A DNA stretch of 54,028 bases, filler included, from Squatina squatina (GCA_031763465.1; 3 parts of 3 records of this genome joined end to end with filler, not necessarily neighbours in it); one strand, 5' to 3'; numbered from the whole stretch's first letter, positions 1 through 12,937 are shown. The notes: a model not told the origin generated them from the sequence alone. Made by a program: numbers and translations.

Positions 1-764
1 TGTATCTGGTACAATGGAGTGTCTCAGTCCAGCACATATCTTGGGCAGCATTGCCACCTGAGCTGTGAAAGAACCTACATTTACCACATATGGTGGGAGC
101 CCTTAATCAAGTCCATTACTCAGCGCTCATGAATAAAGGTTCTTTCAGAACCATGAACACTCACAGGTCAATGTAACTTTAAAAGATCTTTTAAATGAAA
201 CATGTACATTTTAAGGAAAAAAATTGTAAATGATACTTTTACCCTGAATACCGTTACTGTGAAGAGTTCTACAAAATTAGACCTGCCCTTTATAGTTGAA
301 GGATAAAAATAATAACTTCCTCATTTCTAACAATTTCAACACAATTGGCCCTGAGACTGCAGTTAGAACCGAAAAAAAGCAGCAGCATTTTGTAATAACT
401 GCTGCAAACCATGCTCTATGTTTCCTGCTGATTAGAAAGTTAAACTAAAGTGAGCTGAACTGAACCAGACAGGTGAAAAATGTGCTACGGCTCCCTGCAG
501 CCAACATATATGTGGTTCAGAACCTCCCATTCTCTAGAGCGGGATTAACTTGTACGAACTACATATATAGAGTATTGTGAGGTTGCAGGACGATAGGGAA
601 TGTGGGAATAACCATTGAATAAAACCTGAAATCCGTGTTAAAGGTACGAGATGCTGGGAATGCACGGCTAATACCAGAACCACTCTTTCTCTTTCAGGCG
701 CTGGTTGACTTGCTCTCTGCAGAATTTTCTGCATTTATTTCAGATTCCCAGAAGTTATACTTTT

Positions 765-1145
765 AGGGGTTAGAGATTTGGGGCAGCCAATTTGAGGAAA
801 AACTTTTGGCGCGAAATCAGCGTGAAACGGGCGTAAAGGCACTTTAGGCGTGAAAACACGGGCGCAAAATTAGGGTCCCGTTCGTGCTGGCGCAAAACGG
901 GCACAAGTCCCATAAACTTTGAAGCGCTGGCTGAAGCGTAATCGTGGCACTATGACGTCATAAGTGCGCGTGGCGCCCAAAATGGCCACCCGTCCGAAAT
1001 TGCACAGTGTCAGTGTGCACTAAATCCAGCGGTGATAACACCTGCATTTTTCAACGGTGACACGTGCCTCACCTCAGATAATGCAGCGCAAATGAGAGCA
1101 GTCAGATTGGGCTCCATTGTATTGCTCCGTGATGTGGTATTTACA
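765..1145. mobile_element. CpG-rich DNA-transposon-like terminus with subterminal repeats
   Basis: Iterated ggcgcgaaa/gcgtgaaa/ggcgtaaa/ggcgcaaaa motifs (at least 6 copies in 808-900), typical of subterminal binding arrays. Family not determined. Confidence 0.5.
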
Positions 1146-3053
1146 NNNNNNNNNNNNNNNNNNNNNNNNNNNNNNNNNNNNNNNNNNNNNNNNNNNNNNN
1201 NNNNNNNNNNNNNNNNNNNNNNNNNNNNNNNNNNNNNNNNNNNNNTGTGATGTCCTGAGGGTGTGAAAGGCGCTACAGAAATGCAAGTCTTTCTTATTGT
1301 CCAAACATGGACATGTTTTAGTGTGAATTGTTGGATGACAATCCCATCTCTTTTTTTCACCTCCTTGAGGCCAACTGCAATCAGCGAACTCAACATAGAC
1401 TGGGAATTGAACCCGGGACATCAACTAGTATCTCCACCCATTAAGCCAAAGGGGAAGCTCTAGTTCAGCAATTTTGTCGAAGAAATAGTAGTGAACAGCA
1501 AACTCCCAGGAACTATCCAGTAGTAAATGGAAAAAATGACTGTTACTCTCTGGTGTTTAGTTCATAAGACTTTCATTCTAATCACACAGAAATGAGAGTA
1601 CACTCTTGCATTATTCCTTGTGCAGGCCCTTTAACTAATGCAGAGTAAATTTAATTATTATTTAGCCAGCCCATAACTTGCCACTGTTGTGCAAGCTGCA
1701 TTTGTAACGTGATTATTCAGCTTTCCTCATACTTACACGTATCAAAGTATTTTCAGCAGTTTTGCAGTCCTGTGCTCTAGTGTGAAAGTTTACCAACATT
1801 TCAATGTATTTTTTTCTCCTTTTCCATCAGTTGTTTTCCCCCTTCACCTCTTCCTCTCCTGTAGGAGTTAACCTCTTGATGATATAGGCCTCCACATGAA
1901 CTGATTGTCCTCCCATACTGCTCCCCATTATGTTGGGATGGTATAATCCACCATGGGAGGGGGCATCATGGAAGAGTCCCACCTTGTCCTCATCCACTTG
2001 CCCACACATGTAAAGTTACCAGCAGAAATCACCGGGTAGTGTTCAGGAGAGGGGAACACTGGCTGATTTTTCCTTCTCTAACTCACAGGCCTGATGCCAT
2101 TGAACCCACCCCAAACCACTTCCCCAGCCAAAACCAACAAAGACCGGGGATCAAGTCTGAGAGCTTCCTGTTCTCCATGGTCACTTACTGCTTGAGCCAG
2201 CTGAGCCCTCAGGGGAACAAACCGGTCAAAGATTAAAGTCTGACTGCACTTTAACAAAAATTTGCCTGTTTGACACTGATAAAACTACCAACAGCACCCC
2301 CTATAGGCAAGAAAGATCAGAGCTCCACATCGCCACCGCCACCTCATCGAGGGGCAATGGGGCCAATTGTAATGCCTCCAATTTAGCACAGACCGTGTAT
2401 CAAGTCTGGGGTCTTCCTGATCTGTATGTTTGTTTGTGCGTGTGTGGGTGTGGGTGTGGGTGCGGCTCAAGCGTTGCATTCACCCACCTAGCCATTGGGA
2501 AAAACTGAAGCAATCCCGGCGTGTGTGGCTAAAAGGATGGCTGCGGCACTTGTACTGAAGGAAAAAAACATTCTTGGTGACACTTAATACATTTATTCAG
2601 CAGAAAATCTATTTTACAAAACAGGAAAAGTCCAGATAAAGTGTATGTGCAGGAATTCATTACTGTCGCGTGCTCGATTATACACAGCTGGAAGAGATTT
2701 TCTGGTTAAACAATAATCGTATTTCTTTGCAGAACGTGTCGGCCTTTATTCATGGTGCATAATTTAGAAAATCAAAAAGGCCTGCAGCGCACAGACTTAG
2801 TTCTGGGCACAAGGGCTGCAGCCCAGATTCTTGTTGTCTGAGCAGGTCAGCTTTTGACGGATAACGTGTATGAAGATTCGCTCTCCAGTTTATTGTGCTC
2901 TGTCAATATAATCTCTCCCATGTGGGTACCCTTCCTGTGGTGCACAATTGTACAAGCTTCAAACCGAGTAATTATCTAAAATTTAATACGAGTGAGATCA
3001 GGAATCCCCAATCTGGAGATTTTTATGTCTATATGATCTTTACAAATCAAAGC

Positions 3054-3076
3054 ATATATATATATATATATATATA
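3054..3076. repeat. (TA)n microsatellite
   Basis: About 11 TA units, seen directly. Confidence 0.9.
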
Positions 3077-3304
3077 GTGGTTCGCTATAGCGCGGAACTC
3101 GGTATAATGCAGGTCTGTCTTGGACCCCAAAAGTTTCGCGACGTGTTGAACATAATGTATTATGGAAAAAGGACCTACAGTATTCTATACATATACATAC
3201 TCTGCACATTATTCAGTACCATCAATTAAAACAATTAACGCGGTCCACCTATAACGCAGTCTCGCAACATGGACCTCATGGGCTGTGTTATAGTGGGCCC
3301 CAGT
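3075..3304. mobile_element. Tc1/mariner (Tigger/pogo-like) MITE relic
   Basis: Left end agtggttcgctatagcgcgg, internal tataatgc/tataacgc repeats, right end gtgttatagtgggccccagtg. Embedded in TA-rich flanks. Confidence 0.5.
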
Positions 3305-4465
3305 GTGTATGTGTATATATAATATACCAATAACTGTATTAAATTTGGCAACATATCATTGTATGGATACGCTATGATTACCTGTTAGCTATAATTTGTC
3401 TTCTACCAGTGGCTGACCTAATAAATCCTGAAGGACAAAATTGCAGGTGAGTTATGGTCAGCACCACAGCTGGGATATAATTCATAACTCTGTCAATTTT
3501 ATAATGGATTTTATTTCTATTGTACATAAAAAAAAACCTGCTACAAAATTCTGGTTTAGCTGCCTATTAAATCCCCTCTAAAAATAAGGCTGAGTTTTAA
3601 AAGAGGAAGTCACTAAATCAAAACTTACACAAAAATACAACACGATTGTCAAAGTACCCCACCAGTATCTCTTCAATCTAAGGACATGACCGCTCACTGT
3701 AGCCAGTGTGTATTTCTCTATTTCTCACATGACCTTCCTGAGTAAGACTGACAGCTTGGTGTAATCTTGTGCCAAACTGTGTGTAGTTTTGTGCGATGTT
3801 AAAGTAGTGGGGATGTGATCCCACGTCTGCAGAGAGTTTGCTGATATCGTCAACAGTAGCTCTCTGCTCCTGATTATTATAAGAACATCAGAAATAGGAG
3901 CACAATTAGGCCATTCGGCCCCTCGAGNNNNNNNNNNNNNNNNNNNNNNNNNNNNNNNNNNNNNNNNNNNNNNNNNNNNNNNNNNNNNNNNNNNNNNNNN
4001 NNNNNNNNNNNNNNNNNNNNNNNNNNNTAGTCTCAGAATCAACTGCGTCACTCTCCATCTTAATGAAGAATTCTATCATATTCCCCAAGGGACCTCACAC
4101 AGTGTATTTCAACTCAGATCCGGGTAGAGTCTTTTCTGAAAAGTACAATATCGAGCGGCCACGTTGGATGCGGCAACAAGTGTATTATTCCCCAGATGCT
4201 ACTCTTTTCCTTTGTATTTCTTTCTCCCAGTTTCCTCCCTTCCTCTCCTGAAGGCTGCTCAGATGAGATACAACAACAACTTGCATTTATGCAGTGCTTT
4301 TAATGAAGTAAGATATCCCAAGACGCTTCACAGGAACGCTACCAGACAGTTCCACAGATATTTTACTTAGCCCTCTGCTGGCTCATTCAAGTGGCCTTTC
4401 CTCATGAGCCTAAGCAACAAATCTCAACAGGAGGCATCATTACAGCTGAGTTCGATTCTGCCAGT

Positions 4466-4484
4466 CACACACACACACACACAC
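4466..4484. repeat. (CA)n microsatellite
   Basis: About 9 CA units, seen directly. Confidence 0.9.
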
Positions 4485-5565
4485 CCTCTCCAGTAGTGAT
4501 TTAGATATCCAGTGATCGGAAACAGAAATCCTTGTACCTTTTCTCTCTCTAATGTAAGGGTGCCGTGAACAACTTCAGTACCCAACCTGTTGCCCCAGCT
4601 GAGACCAGTAAATATCATCAGGGTCAAACCTGGAGCCTTCTTGGTTGATATGGGCCTCAGTTCCACACCAGGCGATGCAACCACCAACTAAGCCATCCAA
4701 GCCCATGAATGACTATAATTTCTGACTTTCTTAATGGCGCTCTTTGCAGATTGAAGGCAACATGACATAGAGGAGAAGATAATATAGCTGATGTAAGACT
4801 GGCGGATGGGAACTGTCCCAGGTTTGTGTTACAAATTGCCATTTTTTTTTGCAACAAGCTACTGAGAAATACATAACATGCAAACAGTTAATGAACACAA
4901 GTCTTGCTCCATAATAACCTCCACATTCTCAACCTCAATCCACCCATACCCTGCACACTCCCTCCCTCCCACACCCATACCCCAAGAAAGAGCATCGTCG
5001 CAGGTAATAACCTTACAGAAATGTATGTTACTGACTTACTTTGATATGAGCCGCTGAGTCTGGGACAGTCTGAATCATGTCCTTTTGCTGAGCTACAAGG
5101 TGTAACAACAAGGCAGGCCTCGCAACTCCTGTGCCGAAGGAGAAAAGATGGAATTAGACCAATGGTGAGATGAAGTTCTCTACATGTGGAGCCGGGTGAA
5201 TTAACAGTGCAATATAATAAACAAACACAGCACAAACTGTGCCAGTCAATTTGGTGGCCAAATTTAAAGAGAACAGATTTAACTACAGAAACATATATTT
5301 GAAATGGCCAGAAGCTGATGATGTCAGTTATATTCTAGACTAACCTCAGCACACTGAGCTTTCCAATTTCATAAATAGTCCAATGACATCAGATGTTTTG
5401 AATAATGGAATTATTTTTGGTTAAGGAGCTTGTCCTATGAGTTTCTTTTAAAATGCATCAAAAACNNNNNNNNNNNNNNNNNNNNNNNNNNNNNNNNNNN
5501 NNNNNNNNNNNNNNNNNNNNNNNNNNNNNNNNNNNNNNNNNNNNNNNNNNNNNNNNNNNNNNNNN

Positions 5566-5705
5566 CGGGACCTCGCTGAGCACAAGTTGGCTGCTGCGTT
5601 TCCTACATTACAACAGTAACCATACTTCAAAAAGTACTTCATTGGCTGTAAAGTGCTTTGAGATGTCTGGTGGGCAGGAAGGACGCTACATAAATGCAAG
5701 TCTGT
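5566..5705 (+). mobile_element. DeuSINE 3' fragment (further tails at 1246-1292, about 9920-10095 and 34221-34252)
   Basis: ttggctgctgcgtttcctacattacaacagt...aagtacttcattggctgtaaagtgctttg...taaatgcaagt matches the tail of 28260-28377. Confidence 0.8.
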
Positions 5706-7115
5706 CTTTCTTCTTTCTTAATGTAAGTCATATATATAAAAATGTAATTATAAATTGAATACTTTAAATTGTAGGACTTAACTAAGAATTAATTTTCCAT
5801 AAACGTGTTCTTTTTATCTGCAAATCTTCACAAAGTTCAAATTTCTCATTGACTCAATAAGTAGAAGTCTCCACTTGACTCGAAGCTGACCAAGAAAACA
5901 GACATTAGGTAACACGACTGCTCAATGTTCCTTGGCACCATCCAGAGCTTTGAGTTGTTTTTCTGACCTTTATTGGCTGGCTGAATGTGGTAGGATGGTT
6001 ACTTGTCAGCTATACTGTGTGCAGATGTGACTGTCTAGATCTTAATATGCTCTGGAAGGTTTACAGCACTCACANNNNNNNNNNNNNNNNNNNNNNNNNN
6101 NNNNNNNNNNNNNNNNNNNNNNNNNNNNNNNNNNNNNNNNNNNNNNNNNNNNNNNNNNNNNNNNNNNNNNNNNNACACGCACAGTACAAATACAATGAAT
6201 AAACCATGCCACAAGGCGGTAGGACCCACCATCACCCAGAACTAATAATTAAATACGTGGATTATTAAAGGGTTACATGCTGAATTCACAAAACAGGTGA
6301 GGGGGATTTATGTCTAACAATTGCTGCGTCAGGGACTCTAAAAAGAATCTGAATTGAGTTAAAAGTCCATGCAGCATTGCCCTTTTAAGCCGTGGGGGCT
6401 TTCTTGCAACTGGTAGCAATCAGGCGAACGGCTGCAGTGGACAGGAAATCTAAAATTAGTTTTTACTACCTATAATAGAAGATTTACGGTATGGTTTAAT
6501 TTGTCGTCTCTGGGCTAAACTGTAAGGGAGAACTGAAACAGCCGGTCCTGGACATGGGGTCCAGCCTTCTCACAGACTCACTCTCAGAATCTGACCGCTC
6601 TCGCGGCCATCACACAATATCTATCCTGGCCGAGCACTCGCGACACCAACATCTTTCGCTTTTCCCGTCTTTTCTCTTTTTCAGGTTCTTTCACTCCTTT
6701 TCCCTACTCGCTTCTGCTCTTTTAACCCAACATCAGGCTCGGCTCGTTATTCTCTTGCTTGCATTTTCTGACAGGAAAGGGGAAATGTGGAATGAATAAA
6801 GGGAAGGGTCTTTGACATTGTTCATTTGGCGGTGCTGTCTCGATGGACGTAACGGTGTTGTTAAGTGCGATTAAAACCCGTAAAACAGATGAGTCCAAGG
6901 GGCAAGAAATTGAGTATAAATGACAAATGAAAATGTTACTTTAACAACCCGTTAACTCACTTTCATTTAACTCAATTCAACCAAAAACCCTTTTTCTCGG
7001 AACTCTCAATGTCTACTTGGAGATTACAAATGAAATTCATCTTTTTAAATTGATCTGCCTGTAGAGGCATGACAGGCTATCCTGGCTCAAGCCAATTTTC
7101 ACGAACTTGCGATGG

Positions 7116-7345
7116 GAAAGCAAAAACTAGATGCTCCAAATCTGAAACAAAAATATAAAATGCTGGAAACACTCAGCAGGTCAGTTAGCATTCATGGGGA
7201 GAATGGACAAGTTCATATTTCTGTTATGGATCTTCTGTCAGAACTGCGACAAATGGCCTATACCTGAGACATTAACTTGCCTGTTCTCGCCACAGATACT
7301 GACTGACCTGTTGAGTGTTTCCAGCTTGTCCTGTTTGTGTTTTAC
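7116..7345. mobile_element. Fold-back Penelope-like element remnant
   Basis: gctggaaacactcagcaggtcagttagcat...tgtcagaactg...atactgactgacctgttgagtgtttccagc forms long imperfect inverted arms. Homologous to 39737-39820 and 48720-48843. Confidence 0.65.
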
Positions 7346-7382
7346 GCATATATACTTTTTCAGGATTGCTAGATAGAGATCA

Positions 7383-7804
7383 GCAACAACAATTTACATT
7401 TATATAGCTCCATTAACATAGAAAAACATCCCAAAGGTGCTGTGGACAAAAATGGATACCAAGAAAAAGGAGATTTTAGGAGTTGTGTTCAAAAGCTTGA
7501 TCAAAGAGTTCGGCTTTGGAAGAGTCTTAAAGGAGAAGGATGTGTGGAGAAGCAGAGAGGTTTAGGGAGGGAATTCCAGAGCTTAGGGTTTAGATATCTG
7601 TTGGCATGACCGTCGATGGAGTGGGGGCAGTGGATGAAGGGAGGCAGGGGAGTGCAGAATTGGAAGACCACAGAGTTCGGGGAGCGGTTATAAGGAGATT
7701 ATAGAGATAGAGAGCGGTGAGGCCAGTGTAGATCAGAAAGGGCAAGAGTGGTATTGGATGTGGGCAGTAGAGTTTTGGCTGGGCTGAAGTTTATGCAGAG
7801 TGGA
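7383..7804 (-). mobile_element. L2-type LINE 3' region (also 14426-14560, 4271-4345, 45879-45909)
   Basis: caacaacaatttacatttatatagc...catcccaaagg and gaggtttagggagggaattccagagcttaggg, the latter shared with 14468-14500. The tail is related to the DeuSINE tail. Confidence 0.7.
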
Positions 7805-8739
7805 NNNNNNNNNNNNNNNNNNNNNNNNNNNNNNNNNNNNNNNNNNNNNNNNNNNNNNNNNNNNNNNNNNNNNNNNNNNNNNNNNNNNNNNNNNNNNNNN
7901 NNNNTATTACATTTGAAAAGTCCTGTTACATTGAAATGAAATATGCTGCCTACTCGGGTTATTTTTTCCCCCCATTTTTAGCCAAATATAACACGAGGGG
8001 GGCTGTTAATACAAAAACTGAATACAGTAAAATAACCCTGTAGTACAATAAAATTAATGTTTAAATTCTTGCACCCGATTCGCGCCAAGTACCAGAACAA
8101 GTTCTCTCCAGTGCTCGTAAAAGGCTCTTTGTGGCCAAGTGTCAATCTGCCCTTCACCTGCTCCTTTTGCCAAAAATAATTACAAGTGAATCAAGACCCT
8201 TCTTACAGTCGGGTTTTTTCAACAGTGGTCTGTTCTGTATTTCAGCATACACCTCACCGTGGAAGTCATTTTTGGAGCGCCCCCCCCCCCCCCTCACCTG
8301 AGGGAATAGCATTTCCAGAGGTACCTCTATTAGGTTTGCTGTGGAGCTTGATGAGGTTGCACCAGCAGATGGCATCTGTCCACCTTCATGCAAAGCCCCA
8401 AACGTTTTGGATACTGCACTCTTTACAGTACTGCACCCTTCTGCCCCTTTCATGAAATCTTTCGGCACAATTTGAATTCTGAATTAGGGTGGAAGCTTAG
8501 TCTGCAATTGGCCTCAACCCGTGGCTCACTTGGTACCACTCTCGACTTCAGGTCAGAAGGTCANNNNNNNNNNNNNNNNNNNNNNNNNNNNNNNNNNNNN
8601 NNNNNNNNNNNNNNNNNNNNNNNNNNNNNNNNNNNNNNNNNNNNNNNNNNNNNNNNNNNNNNNGGACAGTTAGCGTCACAGTCTGTAGGGGGGGGAGGGG
8701 GAAGGAAGTTTGATTCCAAGTACCCGTCACACATTCAGT

Positions 8740-9072
8740 TGCAGGGCTTTGATGACAATGGACGGTTCTGGAGGGGCTCCGGGCCCGACCCCTCGGGACA
8801 GGCCAGGGAGAGGCTGCACCGCCGAAGCGGAGCCTCCCGGTCACTGTTCCGGGGGGGGTTACCAAGCCGGGGCCTGGGGGCCCCCCAGACTCGCTAACTG
8901 GCGCCCAGCCCAGCAAAGTCAGTCAGCCGCCCCCGGAGTGGCCGGGAGCGCACAGCGTCCCACGGGCGCCCCGGCGCAGCTAATACCGGGTGGGGCAGGG
9001 TGGGGTGGGCATCGGTGAGCAAAATGGCGGCTCCCACCCTGTACGCGGTGGCAGGCAATTTCGGCCACTAAG
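8740..9072. mobile_element. GC-rich non-autonomous DNA transposon, right end
   Basis: Very GC-rich block ending ggcaatttcggccac|taa, approximately the reverse complement of the terminus at 12293, followed by TAA. Confidence 0.55.
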
Positions 9073-11478
9073 TGTATCTGAATCCAATAAGGTTCAGTTG
9101 ATTGTACTGAACTGAAGAAAATACCTATTATTCTTTGAGAATTTTGCAAAAAAGACTGTAAAACCAGGCAGTAAAATTTTAGACGTACACTCATAGAAAT
9201 CTATGATAGTATTGTTTGTCTGGCACTAGTCCAAGCATTCTGTTGAGTCACTATCTAATCATTTTGCGATATAGATGAAAGCTTACATCTGCGTGGCACT
9301 CCTGAACAGGAAATATGAAGGAATGCAGTGTGGATGTGGTTCAAATACTGCAAATTTTATGTGGAGTACAGGAAGGTGGATGGGGTCTAGCACAATCCTT
9401 GGATTCAGATGATAATTTAAACTGCAGAAGTAATTCATACATTCATCTAGCTGTAGGCTACTCTCCAGATTTTTGATACGACCGTGATGATGTGTGTTTT
9501 ACTCATTATTGAGGAATCAAATCTACGCTTACAGATTTAGTAAAAATAAAGTGACTTTATTGTAGATCTGCCAAATCAGATTCATCCTGACCTCAGCCAT
9601 AGTACTCACTGCTACACTACTAGTCGAAGCTGACTATNNNNNNNNNNNNNNNNNNNNNNNNNNNNNNNNNNNNNNNNNNNNNNNNNNNNNNNNNNNNNNN
9701 NNNNNNNNNNNNNNNNNNNNNNNNNNNNNNNNNNNNNTCTGGTTGGCTCTGAGACCCTGAATCTGCAAGACGTAGAACAATCGGGACTCGGGAGGAGGAG
9801 GTGGTTTAACGTAATCCATGCGGAGAGAGCCTGCCTGCTTGTTCAGGTGGATGTCAAGATCTCACGCTGCTCAAAGAAGGGCAGAGGCTTCTCCGAGTGC
9901 CCTGGCCAACTCTTCACCCTTAACCAGCATCACTAAAAAAATGTTAACCTATCATCTCATTGATTGTTGTGAAATGTTGCTGGTTGTTGTGGTCGTCTAC
10001 ATAACAGCACTCACTGTACTCCAAGTGTAAGTCATGTGTGAAGCACTTTGAGACACTTTAACAATGTAGTCTGGTGCTATATAAATCGAAGTGTGTCTTT
10101 CTGTGCAAAAGCATTCTCCTCCGACTCTAGTGAGCATTTTTCATATGACAAAAATTCCCAATTCCAGCATTGATTACCAACCCTGCATAATGTAACTTGG
10201 TCTTTGACTCAACCTTGCTTTAAAGGAATGAAATGAACAAAGGTTACAATGTTATGTTTACCTTTCCAAAGCCAATCTGTGGAAGTCTGTGTTGGTAGGA
10301 CAGCAATGAAACACTGCTGTGTGTTATTTGGCACTGCCTGTTGGGTGTGCTGTAACACAACCATAGTTACTTCAGCAAGGAGAACTCCATCCACTGTTAC
10401 CAGCAGAGTAAAAGAGATCAGACATTTCAAACAACAACCTGATANNNNNNNNNNNNNNNNNNNNNNNNNNNNNNNNNNNNNNNNNNNNNNNNNNNNNNNN
10501 NNNNNNNNNNNNNNNNNNNNNNNNNNNNNNNNNNNNNNNNNNNNGTAATATCCCCATGGTGAGATAGCCTGTTGACATTTTCAAGTATGACCACTTGAGC
10601 AAGTTATCAGAGGGCAAACCGGACTTATGGGACTGTACCCCAGCATGAGTCAGTGCTTCAGAAAAGCAGGAGGAAAGCAATTCTGGTTATAAAGCAGTAT
10701 TTTTACAACTCACTTTTTTTGCAAACTGAAAGCTAAAATGCAAATGTTTTAAAATCTTCCATTTTCATCTTATGACTGCATACTAAGTGATAGTTCCACA
10801 CAGATGCATTGAAATGCCATGCTTAGCATTGTTTAGTGCACTGTTGTCCCATTCCATGAGCCACATTAGGTTATTACAAGGCATTGGCTAAGTTAATAAT
10901 CCATTAATCCAGTCAGCTTTAGCCACTAGCAAAACATGTTAACTAGAGGGTCTCACTTTAGCTTTGAACCATTGTCTTTCCCATCTGTTGTGACACCTTC
11001 AATCTAATACTGCTCTTCCAACAAGAGTAATTGGTGCTTTGTAAGAGAATGTGTATGAAACCCAGCTCTCAACAGCACCCTCAACTGTAATAAATGCCCA
11101 GAGATAACATCTGTTACCAATGTTTCCCCACATGCTAAACCTTGTAATAGCTTCTTGATATTATCTAGGTATTCTGAGTTACTTTTAAACCTGTGTGCAG
11201 CATTTGGAATTCCAGCTATCTTGAATGTCTGCCTTGACATTGTATAGATTTATTTGAGGTCATACTGAACTATCCAGTATGTCAGTTAAGCTGAATGATT
11301 GGGTGTTAATACATGCCCCGGGATCTTCATAGAACATCATTTTCTTTTGTCACTGTTGCAAAATTTGTCTTGAGAAGGATTTATTAGGGAGGAAGATTAG
11401 AATATGGAACTCCTGAAGAAAATTTTATTCATGTTGGTAGGATTATTCCTCACTGCTTTCTGTTTTTTTCATCTGCAG

Positions 11479-11598
11479 ATGTTGGAACCAATGAGGTTCC
11501 ACTCTTAACGCCTGGTAGCAAAGCGGTAATGAGCCAGGCTCTGAAGGAGAGCTTCAGTGGCTTTGTCAAAGAGAGACGTCGCCTTGGCATCCCAAAAA
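11479..11598 (+). CDS. ETS2: Internal coding exon of an ETS1/ETS2-subfamily transcription factor (MAPK phospho-site and start of the PNT/Pointed domain), most similar to ETS2
   Basis: Acceptor tgtttttttcatctgcag and donor AA|gtaagc. The 120-nt phase 1-1 exon translates as (D)[39 protein letters not shown]. This matches recalled ETS2 [35 protein letters not shown] better than ETS1 VPLLTPSSKEMMSQALK. Family call is strong; exact orthology is less certain. No other ETS exon was found. Confidence 0.82.
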
Positions 11599-11844
11599 GT
11601 AAGCCATCTGAAAACGGTCACTATTTAAATTATAGTTTTGTGACTTTTTTTCTCTTCCAAAATTTCTCACATGGGGCCACCGACCGATGGCATATGGTGG
11701 TTGCAATAAATGGAAAATTTGTATAGATTGGCAAAGACACCTCCATGGAGCCAGCAGTCCAAATCAAATGAGCACTCTAAGCAACGCATGGTGAAAAGCA
11801 TCAAAGTGCTACACACCTAAAAACCAAAAAATTAAGTCACTCAC

Positions 11845-12190
11845 AGTTGACTCAGTTGGTTAAATGCAATACCTACTGTGCAACAGAGGCAGACAGACTA
11901 GAAAGAACATGAGCTTATTCCATGGTCTGTGCTGAATTAGCCAGGCTGGAGATCTGGGTGCAACAACTGGCCTCCACCCCTCTAGGGAGGAGAAAACTTG
12001 AACCAGGGTACCCACTCCTGATTGTTGCCAGGTGATATCTACTAGAAAGTGTGTGGTTGTTGGGCGATTCCAGGATTCTGCTAAGCTCACCCATGAATAA
12101 TGAACACCTTGGGCAGTTTCACCCAAGGGAACTGCTCCCCGAGTGACCATAACTCCAGCATGACTCACCACCTTCAGGAGAAGAATGACC
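11845..12190 (+). mobile_element. Old tRNA-derived SINE, second family (related pieces at about 2039-2215 -, 2300-2500 -, 4490-4700 -, 10550-10680 +)
   Basis: Shared motifs: ggtctgtgctgaattagc, ccagggtacccactcctgat, ccagcatgactcaccaccttcagga (compare ccagcatgagtcagtgcttcagaa at about 10640 and the reverse complement tttagcacagacc at about 2381). Family name not assigned. Confidence 0.55.
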
Positions 12191-12292
12191 ATGGATGAAA
12201 TATAATTACATTTTTTTAAAGATAAATCAAAGTTCCTTCCCTTTTTTTAAGTGAAGGTAACCACATACATGAGATCCATGTATAGAATCTAA

Positions 12293-12837
12293 GGGGCCGA
12301 AATTCATCTGCGCCCCATTGTGGCGCTTACGGGACGGAAACTGGCATTTCTTGCGCTGGCTCCCACCCCGCCCACCACAGAATTCGCAGTTCCGGGGTGG
12401 GAGTGAGCCGCAGTACTGTCGACCTCATTCCTGGACGGAACTTGGGTGGCTTGCCCAGTACATCCTTACAGCGTCCCGCAGCCCCCCACTGGGCTACGAG
12501 GGACGCTGGGGACCGGGCCACCAGCCTGGCACACCAGTTGGTGGCCTGATCGGGCTGTGGACCGCCATTAGTCAGCTGACAAATAAAGATGGCGGCCGCC
12601 GGCACACAGGCCCTCCCCTTTAAGAGAACCTTTGCAGCAACAGGTTTTGCTGTCGCTGTAACTGCCCGGTGCTGCAGAAGCGTCCTACGGGTGAACTTCG
12701 CCCACGGGACGTAAACAGAGCGCAAATGGGGTCGCGGCTGCACAGTGCGGATCAACGTGCATCTTTATGCTGTCACTCGCCGACCCACCTCGGAATTCAA
12801 CGGGCCAGGTGTAAGCGTCTTTCTATCCTAGCTGAAT
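12293..12837. mobile_element. GC-rich non-autonomous DNA transposon, left end (Harbinger-like TIR)
   Basis: Begins TAA|ggggccgaaatt (TAA target plus TIR-like end). The same terminus appears inverted at 9057-9067 (aatttcggcc) and at about 32985 (ggggctgaaatt). CpG-rich, so probably young. Confidence 0.6.
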
Positions 12838-12937
12838 NNNNNNNNNNNNNNNNNNNNNNNNNNNNNNNNNNNNNNNNNNNNTTAATTAATTAANNNNNNN
12901 NNNNNNNNNNNNNNNNNNNNNNNNNNNNNNNNNNNNN
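12838..12937. other. Artificial scaffold-joining linker
   Basis: Exactly 44 N + TTAATTAATTAA (stops in all six frames) + 44 N = 100 bp. Confidence 0.95.

Noticed and set aside
8740-9070. GC-rich blocks (also 12293-12837, 32985-33270, 765-1145) as gene promoters or coding ORFs
   Set aside because: Most are bounded by shared TIR-like ends with TAA flanks, or carry iterated subterminal motifs. They are better explained as DNA-transposon derivatives.
12882-12893. TTAATTAATTAA palindrome as a biological site
   Set aside because: Symmetric 44-N flanks and a second identical copy show it is a synthetic linker.
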